DNA of 64,000 bases, from positions 25,296,001-25,360,000 of the forward strand of contig NC_043007.1 in assembly GCF_006345805.1 (NCBI RefSeq), given 5' to 3'. Under the pieces are notes generated by a model. That model made no database searches, was not told the DNA's origin, and saw only the letters and a program-made list of their open reading frames with translations. Position 1 is the stretch's first letter. Every line of letters starts with the position of its first letter. Below, piece by piece: positions 32,606 to 45,627 of this stretch. A program made the position numbers and the translations under genes. The stretch comes from Octopus sinensis (lineage: Eukaryota).

Positions 32606-33080
32606 TATATATATGTATGTATATATATATAATAATATATAATAATTTTGGGGTCGATAAATAAAGTACCAGTTTCGCACTGGGGGCGATATAATCGACT
32701 CAATCCCTTCGTCTGTCCTTGTTTGTCCCCTCTATGTTTAGCCCCTTGTGGGCAGTAAAGAAACATATATATATAATAATAATAATTTGAGGGAATATTA
32801 TTCCAAACTTACAGGAAAAAATTCAATTTAGAACTACTAAATCAAATTTCACAAAATATAATATATACATATAACTTAGAAAAAAAACACCTTTTATCAA
32901 TTCAAAATGAAAATTAAATTACACCATCTAGAAAATTACATATAATCGAAATATTAAATATAAGATTACTTAATCATTGTTATATTTTTTATCTTATATT
33001 TAATAATTCTATTATATGTAATTTTCTAGATGGTGTAATTTAATTTTCATTTTGAATTGATAAAAGGTGTTTTGTTTAAA

Positions 33081-33082
<2 letters not shown>
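32051..33082. repeat. 562-bp tandem duplication, each unit containing a ~65-bp-arm inverted repeat
   Basis: Units start at 32051 and 32613; one substitution seen outside the microsatellite. Confidence 0.92.
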
Positions 33083-33127
<45 letters not shown>

Positions 33128-33913
33128 AGCTTTTGCTTAGGCAAACAAGTGCATTGTATGAATGTTTTTGGAATCCTTTCTCTTTCTCAATTCTCCAATT
33201 ATGCATCAACCTTGCATAGAGGCTTGATCTGTATCTAGTGACTCACCTTCAAGAAATAGCAGCCGAATTTCTTTCATATTTATATTGAACGTGCTTAAAA
33301 AACGAAAGGACACATTATATAGTGTAGTCTTGGATCAGTGGTTTCCAGCCTTTTACTCACATAAGAACTTCATTATAAATAGGAAAAAAAATGTGAAATC
33401 TATGCAGCTTTTTTAAAATTTCATATTCAGATTTTTAACCAAGCCTCATGCGTTGGGGATAGAGTTATCTCCCTTACATTGATAAACCGCCACAATCAAA
33501 AGGAACCACGTGCTTAATTAGAGAACAATTTTCCAAGCATTTGATTAAATTAATATTTAATACTTTTCCTGGATACTTCTCGGTTTTGCTTGCAGTAAAT
33601 ATTGTGTTATAAAACACTTTGTGTAACGTCTATGGCATACTGTATAACGTATTCAGAAATATTCTACAGTCGATCAAATACTTCAAGTGTTGGGAATCCC
33701 CTATTTTGGATAGACTATGTCTAGAGGAAAGATGGGATGGTCATATCTGGAGCACTGTATACATACATGCATGCGTGCATAGATACAAGCTTGATGACTG
33801 TCCACTTGTAACAAGAAGACCATCGCTGGCCATTAAGAACACTGTGCACTCAGACAATTTTATACACTACACTTGTGGATCCATTGGTTACAAGTGAGCC
33901 CATCTCTTCGTAA

Positions 33914-35330
33914 TAGGGTTGCCAACCGTCCTTTATCTCAAAGGACAGTCCTTTATTCAGCTCTGTTTGTCCTTGTCCTTTATTGAGATTTGAAATTATA
34001 CTATTTGTCCTTTATTTTGAAATCGTTTTGACTGGTAGTTCAATTTCCTGCTCTCAAGATGTGATTTCAAAAGCTTTTACTTCTTGTAAGAGCGCAGACT
34101 CTGTCAACTCTGCAGTCTGCACAAGACCAGAATCACAGAGCGGCAGACCGCAGACCAGGGCGTGAAATTAGCCTCATTATAACTCAATTCGCCATTTCAA
34201 AAAGAAAAAGGTACTCATTTTGGGAAAACAAGAAAATCGTAAACTATGTTACTAAATATGAGAATCACCACCAAGGAAAAAGAAAAGAAAAAACAATAGA
34301 GAAAGAAAGGAGGTGTCGCTTGACATTTGGAAAGGCAATACCTCCGTCTGAACTGAACAGGGACTCGCGAAGAAAAAGAACCAAAACAAATATGGCGTAT
34401 TATACAACAAGGTAGTGATGAGGCCCTTCACAAAATCGAGCCATAATTTGTTATAAATACCAGAAGAACAGTGAAATCTATGTGAGAAAACTTGTAATAG
34501 TAGTACCCATATTTCATGTTATTATCAGATAACAATATTAATTGAAAATGTGCTTTCAAGACATGATAATTTTTACATTGTTACAAGAATGTACTGATTA
34601 GGCTCAACTTTTCAAGTGCTAGCATTTCGATTCCAGTTCACATTTCGCGGTTTCGATTTCCAGACCAGGCGTTGTGAGTGTTTATTGAGCGAAAACACCT
34701 AAAAGCTCCACGACGCTCCGGCAGGGGGTGGTGATCCCTGCTGTACTCTTTCATCACTCTTTCTTCTGTTGGCCTGCTCACTTAGCCAGCGGGGTGGCGT
34801 CATGCGAAGGCTTGTTTGTTGGGCCATATAGTATCTTTTTACTTAATATTGTCATGGTTGGTGAAAAATTATAATTAGTAATTATTATTTTCAAATTCAA
34901 TACAGCTAGGGACCTTATCGTGAGCCTGTGAGGCCCAGTGCTTGTTGCTCATTCGGTTGGATGCCAGTTCTCTTGCACCCGATGCTCTGTAGAATTAATT
35001 GAGAATGAACTTCTCATATATTATAATATAAAAGACAGTTGCTTGGAATTCGCTAAAAACATCAAAGATGATACAAATTTTCTGAAGGTAGCAAAAAGCC
35101 AGGGTAAATATCATTTTAAAGATTAGAATCTTTTGATCAAGGTAAAATAAATGTTTTCTTATATTTGTTTTTGTATTTCCATTTACGTAAGAGAAATGTA
35201 ATTTTGAACTGCATTTAATATAGGCACCTATCATAATCTATAGGAACTGAATCAAAATTTGTGCGCTTAAATAAATATCAATAAAGTTTTTGATGTTCTT
35301 CATTGTAGCTTAACATAGTTGGCTACTCTA
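33914..35330 (+). mobile_element. Internally deleted hAT transposon with 8-bp TSD
   Basis: TIRs TAGGGTTGCCAAC / GTTGGCTACTCTA; TSD CTTCGTAA (33906-33913) and CTTGGTAA (35331-35338); transposase C-terminal remnant RCSVELIENELLIYYNIKDSCLEF...LKVAKSQGKY; SINE inserted at ~34625-34812. Confidence 0.8.
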
Positions 35331-35340
35331 CTTGGTAAAC

Positions 35341-35651
35341 ATGTTTGTTTGTTTGTTCCTTCACGAGCCACGCCTGGCTCATAAGGGCCGGTTTCCCGGT
35401 TTCCTTGGCGTATAGGTTCCCCACCTGGATGGGATGCCGGTCCATCGCAGGTGAGCTGCAAGATGCAGGAGGAAACAGTGAGAAAAAGTTGTGGCGAAAG
35501 AGTCAGCAGAAGTTCGCCATTACTTTCTGCCGGAGCCGTGTGGAGCTTAGGTGTTTCGCTTATAAACACACACCTCGCCCGGTCTGAGATTCGAACCCGC
35601 GATCCCTTGACCGCGAGTCTGCTGCTCTAATCACTCGGCCATGTGCCTCCA
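35341..35651 (-). mobile_element. SINE family J (head and centre shared with family C, different tail ending AACAAAC)
   Basis: Second copy at 52488-52791. Confidence 0.8.
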
Positions 35652-36729
35652 CACTTGGTAAACATACACATCTGCAAATATTGTAGACCAAGCTTCCTCC
35701 ATTCATTACAATGGTGATGTGTTTTCAAGTAGCTTGCTTAAATGCATGCATAGATGCACACATACATACATACATACATACATACATACATACATACATA
35801 CATACATACATACATAATACATACATACACACACACACACACATACAAACACACATACATACATACACACATACATGATTGCTTCATCTTGAGAGCTGAT
35901 AGCTGTCCCATCAACACACACACCATGCCCCATCACACAGTACAATCACTCCATTGATGAGCCCTTAGATGACTTTTAAGACCAGCTGCTGACTGACATG
36001 TTTTAAAACACAAGAGAACAGAGATTATTCAAGTTTCTTTTATAACTTTGCCCTTTGGAATCTGATTTTGAAGGAATGTTTTTGTGAACTAGCATATGTC
36101 TTTTAAGTCCAGATATTGTCTTACAAGTTTTTTGACATATGATACATACATACATAAAAATAGGCAAGACCTTTCTCAAGTTCCAAATGTGAATTTGCCT
36201 GGCTCCCTCCTCAATGGAAGATTTATAATAATTTAAAAATAGATGAGACACACACACACACACACACACATACATACATACATACATGTAAACAAAAATA
36301 CTCTGTTGTTGATGTTGAAATTCCAATGAAGGAGCTTTGGATCTAGGTTAGGAACCGGTTCTTTCTCTATTGGCAAGAAATCTTGAAATAAAACTGAACA
36401 ATGACATACATTCATTCATACATACATCAACCAACTACAATCTACAAATGGAACAGTAAAAGATATGCCAGCAGGCAGAATCATTATCGTGTCAGACAAA
36501 TGTTTGTGTTATTTCTTCTAGCTTTACATTCTGAGTTCAAATGCTTCTGGGGTCGTCTTTGCCTTTCATCCTTTCAGGGTCAATGAAAAAAAATTACTAG
36601 CTGAGCACTGGGGGTTCATATAATCGACATTCCCCACTGCCTTCAAATTGCTGTCCTTGTGCCAAAATTTGAAACCAATATTATTATTTTCACTTGTAAT
36701 TGTCCCTGTTGAACAATCTCAATACAACC

Positions 36730-37119
36730 TCTCTATATATAAAGCTGAAGTTGTCTATGTATGGCAGGTTTGGTAGCCTTCAACTAACACTATCTCCTCC
36801 GAGACCCTGCGGCACAAGTTGACCAAAATTGAGAGTATGATAGAAGAAGGCTTGCTCTTCCTTCTGTAGCAGAAAAAATTCAAATTGGCCCATGTTAACA
36901 CCAAAAATTATTTACATCAAAAAGGTGCTTTTTTTCTATGAAAATCCCTATTTTTTACGATTTTTTGACAGCTGTGTTGCCATTTTTCAGTGTATTTCAA
37001 CCAGAAAAATGTTCACTTAAAGAAAATAACAAGCTACATAATGCAAAGTTTTTACTTTTCAAAAATTCCAATTCTAAAGGGTCGAAACAAACCTGACCAA
37101 CGCTGGGCAATACTGCTAG
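36730..37119 (+). mobile_element. Non-autonomous Helitron (~390 bp), different body
   Basis: TCTCTATATATAAAG 5' end; decayed hairpin CCTGACCAACGCTGGG then ATACTGCTAG|T. Confidence 0.8.
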
Positions 37120-37759
37120 TATTTGTATAAATTTACTATTTATTTCATATGCCCCTCAATTTAGCTCCCTAAAATTTACAAAGGAGGATTCAAGGGTCCT
37201 TCTATGTACTTTTAATTGAAAAGGATGGACAAAGTACAAATTATATTTATTTTTATTTATTATCTACCTCTATCTTAACTATAATTACAGTTTTAATTTC
37301 TTTTAATCCAAACCACTAATTACCATGATTCACTTCTCTACTTTCGTTAATCTTGGAACATCATCATCGTTTAACGTCTGTTTTTCATGTTAGCATGGGT
37401 TGGATGGTTCTACTGGGGTCTGGGAAGCCAGGAGGCCGCACCAGGCTCCAGTCTGATCTGGCAGTGTTTCTACAGCTGGATGCCCTTCCTAACGCCAACC
37501 ACTCCGTGAGTGTAATGGCTGCTTTTTACGTGCCACCGGCACAGAAGCCAGTCAATGCGGCACTGGGATTGGCCACGTTCGGATAAAGCAATAAATATCT
37601 TAGTAAAGACCCCAGTTAGTGTATAGCGGTGTTTCTCAGCCGTTTTACCCATGAGTAACCCATAAAATAAATTACCTGTCTCAACGAACCCCTGCACAAA
37701 AAAAAAAAAATTATTTACCATATCTTTCTCATTTTTTCATCGTAGTTCATGTAGTAAAT

Positions 37760-37771
37760 ATCATATATGTG

Positions 37772-37804
<33 letters not shown>

Positions 37805-37860
37805 ATATTAATATATATATAATATATATATATTATATATATATATTATATATATATATG

Positions 37861-37913
<53 letters not shown>

Positions 37914-37927
37914 ATTATATATATATA

Positions 37928-37984
<57 letters not shown>

Positions 37985-38007
37985 GATATATATATATGTA
38001 TATATAT

Positions 38008-38041
<34 letters not shown>

Positions 38042-38053
38042 ATAATATATATG

Positions 38054-38109
<56 letters not shown>

Positions 38110-38115
38110 ATATCA
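37760..38115. repeat. (TA)n microsatellite tract
   Basis: Direct reading. Similar TA/TATG/CA tracts at ~40290-42125, 53150-53840, 54790-55440, 62060-62700. Confidence 0.95.
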
Positions 38116-39066
38116 AATATGGCAACTGTTTGTACTTTTCCCTTTCGATCCCCATAACCCCCAACTCTTGTGGAATTCTACTTTATTTCACACTGCTCCA
38201 GTTCACTCAGCTGTAGAAATGAGTTGCGACGTCACAGGTGCCAAGCTGTATCGGCCCTTGCCTTTCCCTTGGACAACATCGGTGACGTGGAGAGGGGAGG
38301 CCGGTATGCATGGGCGACTGCTGGTCTTCCATAAAAAACAACCTTGCCCAGACTTGTGCCTCAGAGGGTAACTCTCTAGGTGCAAACCCATAGTCAGTAT
38401 CTGACCGAAGGGGGTCAAAACAAAAAAAACAACATATATATACATACACATACATATATATATAAAGTTAATCCAAACATGAAAACACAACAACGCGAGG
38501 ACGTGGAACAAATAAAGTATTATTGGATGCTCAGGAAAGAAGGGAAGAAGGAGGGTATGACGTTTCGAGTGGAGCTCTTCGTCGGAAACATAGGAGAAAG
38601 AAAGATCCAGAGAAGGGAAGACAGAGGGAAAAAATTCGCCAACGGTACACACGCGGTCACATTTTGAATGTATGTATATATATATATATATATACATATA
38701 TATATGTGTGTGTGTGGTTGTTATATTTTTTGATAACATAATAGGTTAGACAAGATGATGTCTATTAGAATAACCAGAATATGATATGCATGGATAGTAA
38801 TATTACAATCATGAAATTAGCATTAGCTTATCTCACTTTTTCTCGTGGAAACCCTAAGAACCTTTTGTGGAACCCTAGGGTTCCAGGGAACTCCGGTTGA
38901 GAAACATGAGTTACCTCCCTTGTCCACTGCCTCAATATAGATATTTCTCGATATATAAATATATTTAAAAAATAATAAAGTCATGCTAATAACTAACTAC
39001 GAGACTTTATTTCAACCGGCCTTTATTCTTCATCTACCTCAGAATGGATTTAATGAACTTTGAACC

Positions 39067-39692
39067 AGGATCTTTTATTTTTGAAGGCAGACAATTTCTA
39101 GTTAACTAAACACTTTAAAACTTCGTATACTGGTAGAATGTGTCAAAATAAAACATTTTTTTCTCTTGGCTTTCTTGAGAAAATTGTAATTTGTTTAATG
39201 TAGTTTAATTTTTCGAATTTTAACCAATCCTATGCTCTCTTTTGAGCTAAAATCATTTGCTGCGTCTAAAACTGAGACAACATCCTGTAACTAAACCTAA
39301 CCCTAACCCTAAATTTCTTTATTCTTAATTGTTAAATTAATTTAATTGTTACGCGTGTAAAAAAACTAAAGCAATGGAATTAAATTAATTTAACAATTAA
39401 GAAAAAAAAATTTAGGGTTAGGGTTAGAGGGGGAGGTTTAGGGTTAGTTACAGGATGTTGTCTCAGTTTTAGACTCAGCAAATGATTTTAGTTGAATGGA
39501 GGTAATCGATTGGTTAAAATTGCCGAAATGCTTGGATTTTCAGACGAAATATCTTACAAACTATAGAATTTTCTCAATAAAACCATGAGAAAATGATGTT
39601 TTATAAACACATTCTACCAGTATACAAAGTTTAAAAGTGTTTAGTTAACTAGAAATTGTGTTGACATCTGCCGTTCAAAAGGAAAAGATCCT
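39067..39692. mobile_element. Fold-back MITE with 6-bp TSD and internal telomere-like repeats
   Basis: AGGATC...GATCCT ends, ~290-bp imperfect arms, TGAACC on both flanks; right-arm fragment also at ~42800-42890. Confidence 0.8.
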
Positions 39693-39969
39693 TGAACCCA
39701 ACTAAAATGTAAAACTTTCGAATTATTGAACATCTTTTCTTATTTGTCCCTCTATCTTTCCCTCTTTTCTCCTCTTTGTCTATCTCTGCTTTCTTTTTTC
39801 TGATGATGTCTACCATTTGCAACTAGGTAAATACATATTTACCTCAACGTGGTACACAGAAACAGCCGTAAACTCACTCTTACCTTCACCTTGCTTAACT
39901 AATTAAATAATGGCTTTTTAACACCAAACATACACTTCAATTTGTTATTTTTCCTCCATTTTCTTATCG

Positions 39970-40032
<63 letters not shown>

Positions 40033-40392
40033 AAGTTCAGCAAAATTTAGATTCAGATGAATATGGTACTTAAGTTAAAGGCACCAGAATTTTGTATGGT
40101 ATTATCCATATAAATCAAATGAGGTGATTATAATCAAAATAAGCAACAAGGATATGCAAGGTAGAATAGTACAGTTGTTTCATGCTACTTCATTTTATTA
40201 AAGCCTGTAAGTATTACATCAGTTTTAAAATGTCGAGCAATCTTCAGCCACATATAGAATTTTTCAATTAAGCAGACAATGCACATTCTTATATTATAAT
40301 ATATATATATATATATATATATGATATATATGGGTGTGTTATACTATATATATATATATATATGTACATATATATATATGTATATATATATG

Positions 40393-40484
<92 letters not shown>

Positions 40485-40519
40485 GTATAATTTATGTATG
40501 TATGTGTATATATTGTTTT

Positions 40520-40945
40520 ATTCTTCTTGTATTGGTTCCAGCAGAGGTTGGGGCCATGCTGGAGCACTTCTTTTCAGCGATTCTGGGTCTCCTATTAGTA
40601 CTGTTTTTGGTGAAGAAGCGAGATTGAAACTGCTCTTCTTTGTGCCGCTTGCCGTAATGAGGGGCTCATCTGGGATTTCAGATAAAAATATGTCTGGGTG
40701 CATTTGAAGGTTTCCACATCTACACCTTGCAGATTTTTGGTTCCTTGATAGGATGTTAAAAAGTTGTGGTCTCCTGAAACCCAAGCTGTTGCAATACTGG
40801 GTCCTTATCTGAGATGAAGAAGATGGTATCTTTGGTATTATGCAGTGCTGTCCTGTTTGGTGGTTGGTATAGATTTTAATTCCAAAGTTGGGAGTTAGAC
40901 CTTCCAGTATCATCCATATGTATATCACTGCATACCTTCCTCTGC
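40520..40945 (-). mobile_element. CR1-group LINE 3' fragment, copy 1
   Basis: [20 protein letters not shown]...CNSLGFRRPQLFNIL...FLSEIPDEP. Confidence 0.75.
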
Positions 40946-40957
40946 ATATATATATGC

Positions 40958-40988
<31 letters not shown>

Positions 40989-41193
40989 TGCATGTATGTA
41001 TGTATGTATATATGTATGCATGCATGTATGTGTATGTATGTATGTATGTATGTATGCATGCATGATGTGTTATATATATATATATATATATGTATGTATA
41101 TATACACATACATATTTATGAATAATGTAGTTATATATATATGTGTGTGTAGGTATATATATATATATATATGTACATATATATATGTATATA

Positions 41194-41272
<79 letters not shown>

Positions 41273-41309
41273 GTATATATTTATGTATGTATGTGTATAT
41301 ATTGTTATT

Positions 41310-41736
41310 CTTTTCTTGTATTGGTTCCAGCCAGAGGTTGGGGCCATGCTGGAGCACTCTTTTTTTCAGCGATTAGGGTCTCCTATTAGTACTGTTTTTG
41401 GTGAAGAAGCGAGATTGAAACTGCTCTTCTTTGTGCCGCTTGCCGTAATGAGGGCTCATCTGGGATTTCAGATAAAAATATGTCTGGGTGCATTTTGAAG
41501 GTTTCCACATCTACACCTTGCAGATTTCTTAGGTTCCTTGATAGGATGTTAAACAGTTGTGGTCTCCTGAAACCCAAGCTGTTGCAATACTGGGTCCTTA
41601 TCTGAGATGAAGAAGATGGTATCTTTGGTATTATGCAGTGCTGTCCTGTTTGGTGGTTGGTATAGATTTTAATTCCAAAGTTGGGAGTTAGACCTTCCAG
41701 TATCATCCATATGTATATCACTGCATACCTTCCTCT
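41310..41736 (-). mobile_element. CR1-group LINE 3' fragment, copy 2 (tandem duplicate)
   Basis: Near-identical to 40520-40945 at ~790 bp offset. Confidence 0.75.
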
Positions 41737-42059
41737 GCATATATATATGCATATGTATGTATGTATGTATGTATGTATGCATGTATGTATGTATGTATAT
41801 ATGTATGCATGCATGTATGTATGTATGTATGTATGTATGCATGCATGTATGTGTGTATATATATATATATATATTATGTATGTATATATACACACATACA
41901 TATTTATGAATATATGTATATATATATATATGTGTGTGTATATAGATACATATATGTATGTATATATATGTGTGTGTGTGTATTTATGTATGTATGTATG
42001 TATAAGCATATGTATACATGTATGTGTGGTGTGTGTGTGTATTTATATATATATGTATG

Positions 42060-42120
<61 letters not shown>

Positions 42121-42339
42121 TTTATATCTGATATGATAAATGTGAATGTCAGTGTGTCACACTTATTCAACTTTACTCCTAGAGGGCCGTAGCCCAACAT
42201 ATACCATTTTGGAATCAGGCTAAGTCTGTGAGTTCCGGGCCAAATCTGGACCTGCAATACCAAAATTTGGGATTACCATTTTTTCATTACTGTGACCGTT
42301 TTCAGTGATTTTTTTATATGATTTTTTTGTGACAAATAT

Positions 42340-42420
42340 GATCATCATTGGGATATGACTCTGGAGGAAGCAACTGGAACAAATTCTCCAAAACAAGTCA
42401 GAGATCTGTTTGTAGATCTT
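42340..42420 (+). mobile_element. Helitron RepHel coding remnant
   Basis: DHHWDMTLEEATGTNSPKQVRDLFVDL resembles the recalled Helitron motif HWxxTLxEAxxxxSPxQLRxLF upstream of the PIF1 helicase. Confidence 0.6.
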
Positions 42421-42698
42421 CCCATTTGGGGTTAGTTGCTTAGAAGTTACATACTAGATGAAAAACCACCCTTTCAGGCAGCTTTTAAGCAAGTATATGT
42501 ATATATATATATATATTTCTCCTCTGTCTTCCCTCCTTGGGATCTTTCCTTCTCCTGTTTCCGACGAAGAGCTCCGCCTCGAAGCGTTAACCCTCCTTTC
42601 CATTCTTCCTGAGCGTCAATAATACTTTATTGGTTCCACGTCCTGCGTTGCTGTGTTTTTTCTCTTTTTTTCGTGTTCTTGTTGGGATTAAACTATTA

Positions 42699-42731
<33 letters not shown>

Positions 42732-43145
42732 CATATATTCCAGGGAGTCTCTCATCCTCAGAACTTTCCAGGAAGTCCTCAGAATTTCCCAGGAAGTTTT
42801 ATCTGACACATTCTACCAGTATATGAAGTTTGAAAGTGTTTAGTTACAAAAAATTATTTTTTAAATCTGTCGGTCAAAAGGTAACGATCCCTTTTTTTCC
42901 TGATGTTTTAGTAGCTTCTAAGTTGAAGTGAAAACAGCGTAGACTTTCTCTGTCTTCTTACCCTCTTAGAGGATTTAAATAAAATTATACAACTGTGTCC
43001 GACTGTTTGAATTAATTCTATATTTTTATGCAGCTGAAGATTGCTCTACATTTTGAATTGATGTAATGATTGCATTGTTCAATTAAATGGAGCTGCTTGA
43101 AACGGTCGTACTGCATCACCTCTGGATATCCTGTTACTTATTTTG

Positions 43146-43178
<33 letters not shown>

Positions 43179-43345
43179 CGCAGGCCTGATTGTGTGGTAA
43201 GAAGCTTGCTTCCCAAGCACATGGTTCCGGTTTCAGCCCCACTGCATGGCACTTTGGGCAAATGTCTACTACTAAAGCCTCAGGCCAACCAAAGCCTTGT
43301 GAGTGGATTTGTATGTATGTATGTATGTATATATGTATGTATATA

Positions 43346-43376
<31 letters not shown>

Positions 43377-43407
43377 ATATATGTGCGTATGTATGTATAT
43401 ATGTGTG

Positions 43408-43507
43408 NNNNNNNNNNNNNNNNNNNNNNNNNNNNNNNNNNNNNNNNNNNNNNNNNNNNNNNNNNNNNNNNNNNNNNNNNNNNNNNNNNNNNNNNNNNNN
43501 NNNNNNN
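43408..43507. other. Assembly gap (100 N)
   Basis: Run of exactly 100 N; true size unknown. Confidence 1.
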
Positions 43508-43939
43508 AGGTATACTATAAATTAGTATCTAATTCTCTCACCCTTATTAATTAATTATATATATATATATATATGTATGTATATATGGAAACATATGTCT
43601 TGGAGAGCTCAGTCAAGCATGGCTATGTGGTTATGAGATTATGAGATTCATTTCTTAATGGTGTAGTTTTGATTCCATCCTGTTGCATGATGTCTCTTCT
43701 TCTATAGCCTCAACCTGGTCAATGCCTTGTGATAGAAATTTATATTCACAGGATATGTGGGCTAAATTTGGTGATATTTTATGTGTCCTTTCTTCAAGAA
43801 CAGCTTGATGTGTTGGTGAACAGTCACTGACCTTTGAGAACATAAAGATTAAAGATGCAGTTGAGATAAACTTAGCTGACATTGAGGACTAGAAGCCATC
43901 TGAATATTGATAGAGAAATAAACTGAAATAATGACACTG

Positions 43940-43973
<34 letters not shown>

Positions 43974-43996
43974 CACAAACACACACACACACACAC

Positions 43997-44030
<34 letters not shown>

Positions 44031-44929
44031 GTATTCTGTTAAATATTAATAAAAATATATGAATTATATTTGTGTGTATCATCATCATCATCATCATCGT
44101 TTAATCGTCTGTTTCCCATACTAGTATGGTTGGACGTTCAACTGGGGTCTGAGAAGCCCGAAGGCTGCCACCAGGCCAGTTATCTGGCAGTGTTTCTACA
44201 GCTGGATGCCCTTCCTAATGCCAACCACTCCGTGAGTGGTAGTGGGTGCTTTTTATGTGCCACCGACACAGGTGCCAGACGAGGCGGGCGAATGGCATGG
44301 CTCGGATGGTGCTTTTTATGTGCCCCCGACACGGAGGCCAGGTGAGGCTAGCACGGCCACGATCGGATGGTGTTTGTTTCGTGCCACCAGCACGGAGGCT
44401 AGTCGATGCGGTGCTGGCTACGGCCACGTTCTGATGGTTCTCTTATGTGCCACCGGCACTGGTACCACATGTAAATATATATACAGTTTCTATTCCCAGA
44501 CCGGGTGAAAACAATTATATATTTGTGTGTATATATTTGTTTGTATATATGTGTAAAAAATTCAAGTGAGGTCATTGCCAGTATCACCAGACTGGCCCCC
44601 GTACCGGTGGCACGTGAAAAAGCACCCATTACACTCTCGGAGTGGTTGGCGTTAGGAAGGGCATCCAGCTGTAGAAACTCTGCCAGATCAAGATTGGAGC
44701 CTGATGCAGCCATCTGGTTCGCCAGCCCTCAGTCAAAATCGTCCAACCCATGCTAGCATGGAAAGCAGACGTTAAATGATGATGATGATGATGATGATAA
44801 ATATTTATAAAATTCTGTTGAATATTAATAATAAAGTGTATATATGTGTGTGTGCATATTATATATGTATGTATGTATACATTTATTTAGGTGCAGGCAT
44901 AGCTGTGTGGTGAGAAGTTTGTTCTTGTC

Positions 44930-45445
44930 TGCTACATTAGAGGTAGCAGATAGTTTCTATTATCTAGGTAACCAAATTAGCAGTGGAAGAGAAAGCTTTG
45001 AAAGTGTAGTTGCTAGAATAAGAAATGGCTGTGCAAAGATCAAAGAGCTATTACCTTTTTTGATAACTGAGTGCCTTGTCCTCAGAATAAAAGCTGACTG
45101 TTTGATACCTGGGGTTGGACAGCTATATTACATAACAGTAAAACATGGCCTGTGACTGCAGATAACGTGTGAAATCTTGAAAGAAAGGAAGCTAGCATAT
45201 TCCACTTGTTGTGTAATGTCTGTGTATAGGTACAACAAAATGTAAATGTTTTAAGAGAAAAATTGGGATAGTGTGCAAGAGAGAAGACTGCTCTGATATA
45301 TAGACATGTGATGCATATAGATGAAGACAGCTGTATAAAGAAGTGCCAATCTCTAAAAGTGTGTATGTGGGGGATGTTGCACCCACTGGAAGATGAAGAC
45401 CCAAGATGATGAGAGTTAAAGTGGTGAGAAATGATCTTCAGATGT
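44930..45445 (+). mobile_element. Degraded RTE ORF2 fragment
   Basis: LEVADSFYYLGNQISSG...SVVARIRNG...ELLPFL...TWPVT...VQERRL with frameshifts and stops. Confidence 0.8.
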
Positions 45446-45511
45446 TGAGCCACACACACATATGCAATATATATGTATATGTATATATATATATACACAC
45501 ATACACACACA

Positions 45512-45554
<43 letters not shown>

Positions 45555-45581
45555 CATACACACACACAACACACACACCAC

Positions 45582-45627
<46 letters not shown>

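Noticed and set aside
36003-36326. C2H2 zinc finger suggesting a cephalopod ZNF gene
   Set aside because: A single finger without TGEKP linkers, followed by a stop, with a similar decayed copy at ~52200; this fits an RTE ORF2 C-terminus.
39296-39443. True telomere or chromosome-fusion scar
   Set aside because: Only about three repeats each side, inside a TSD-flanked fold-back element.
37777-42263. YI/YV/HT-repeat ORFs
   Set aside because: Translations of (TA)n, (TATG)n and (CA)n microsatellites.
43750-43900. Protein-like stretch CVGEQSLTFENIKIKDAVEINLADIED and a possible 57-nt minus exon
   Set aside because: In-frame stops on plus, no partner exons and no recognisable homology.
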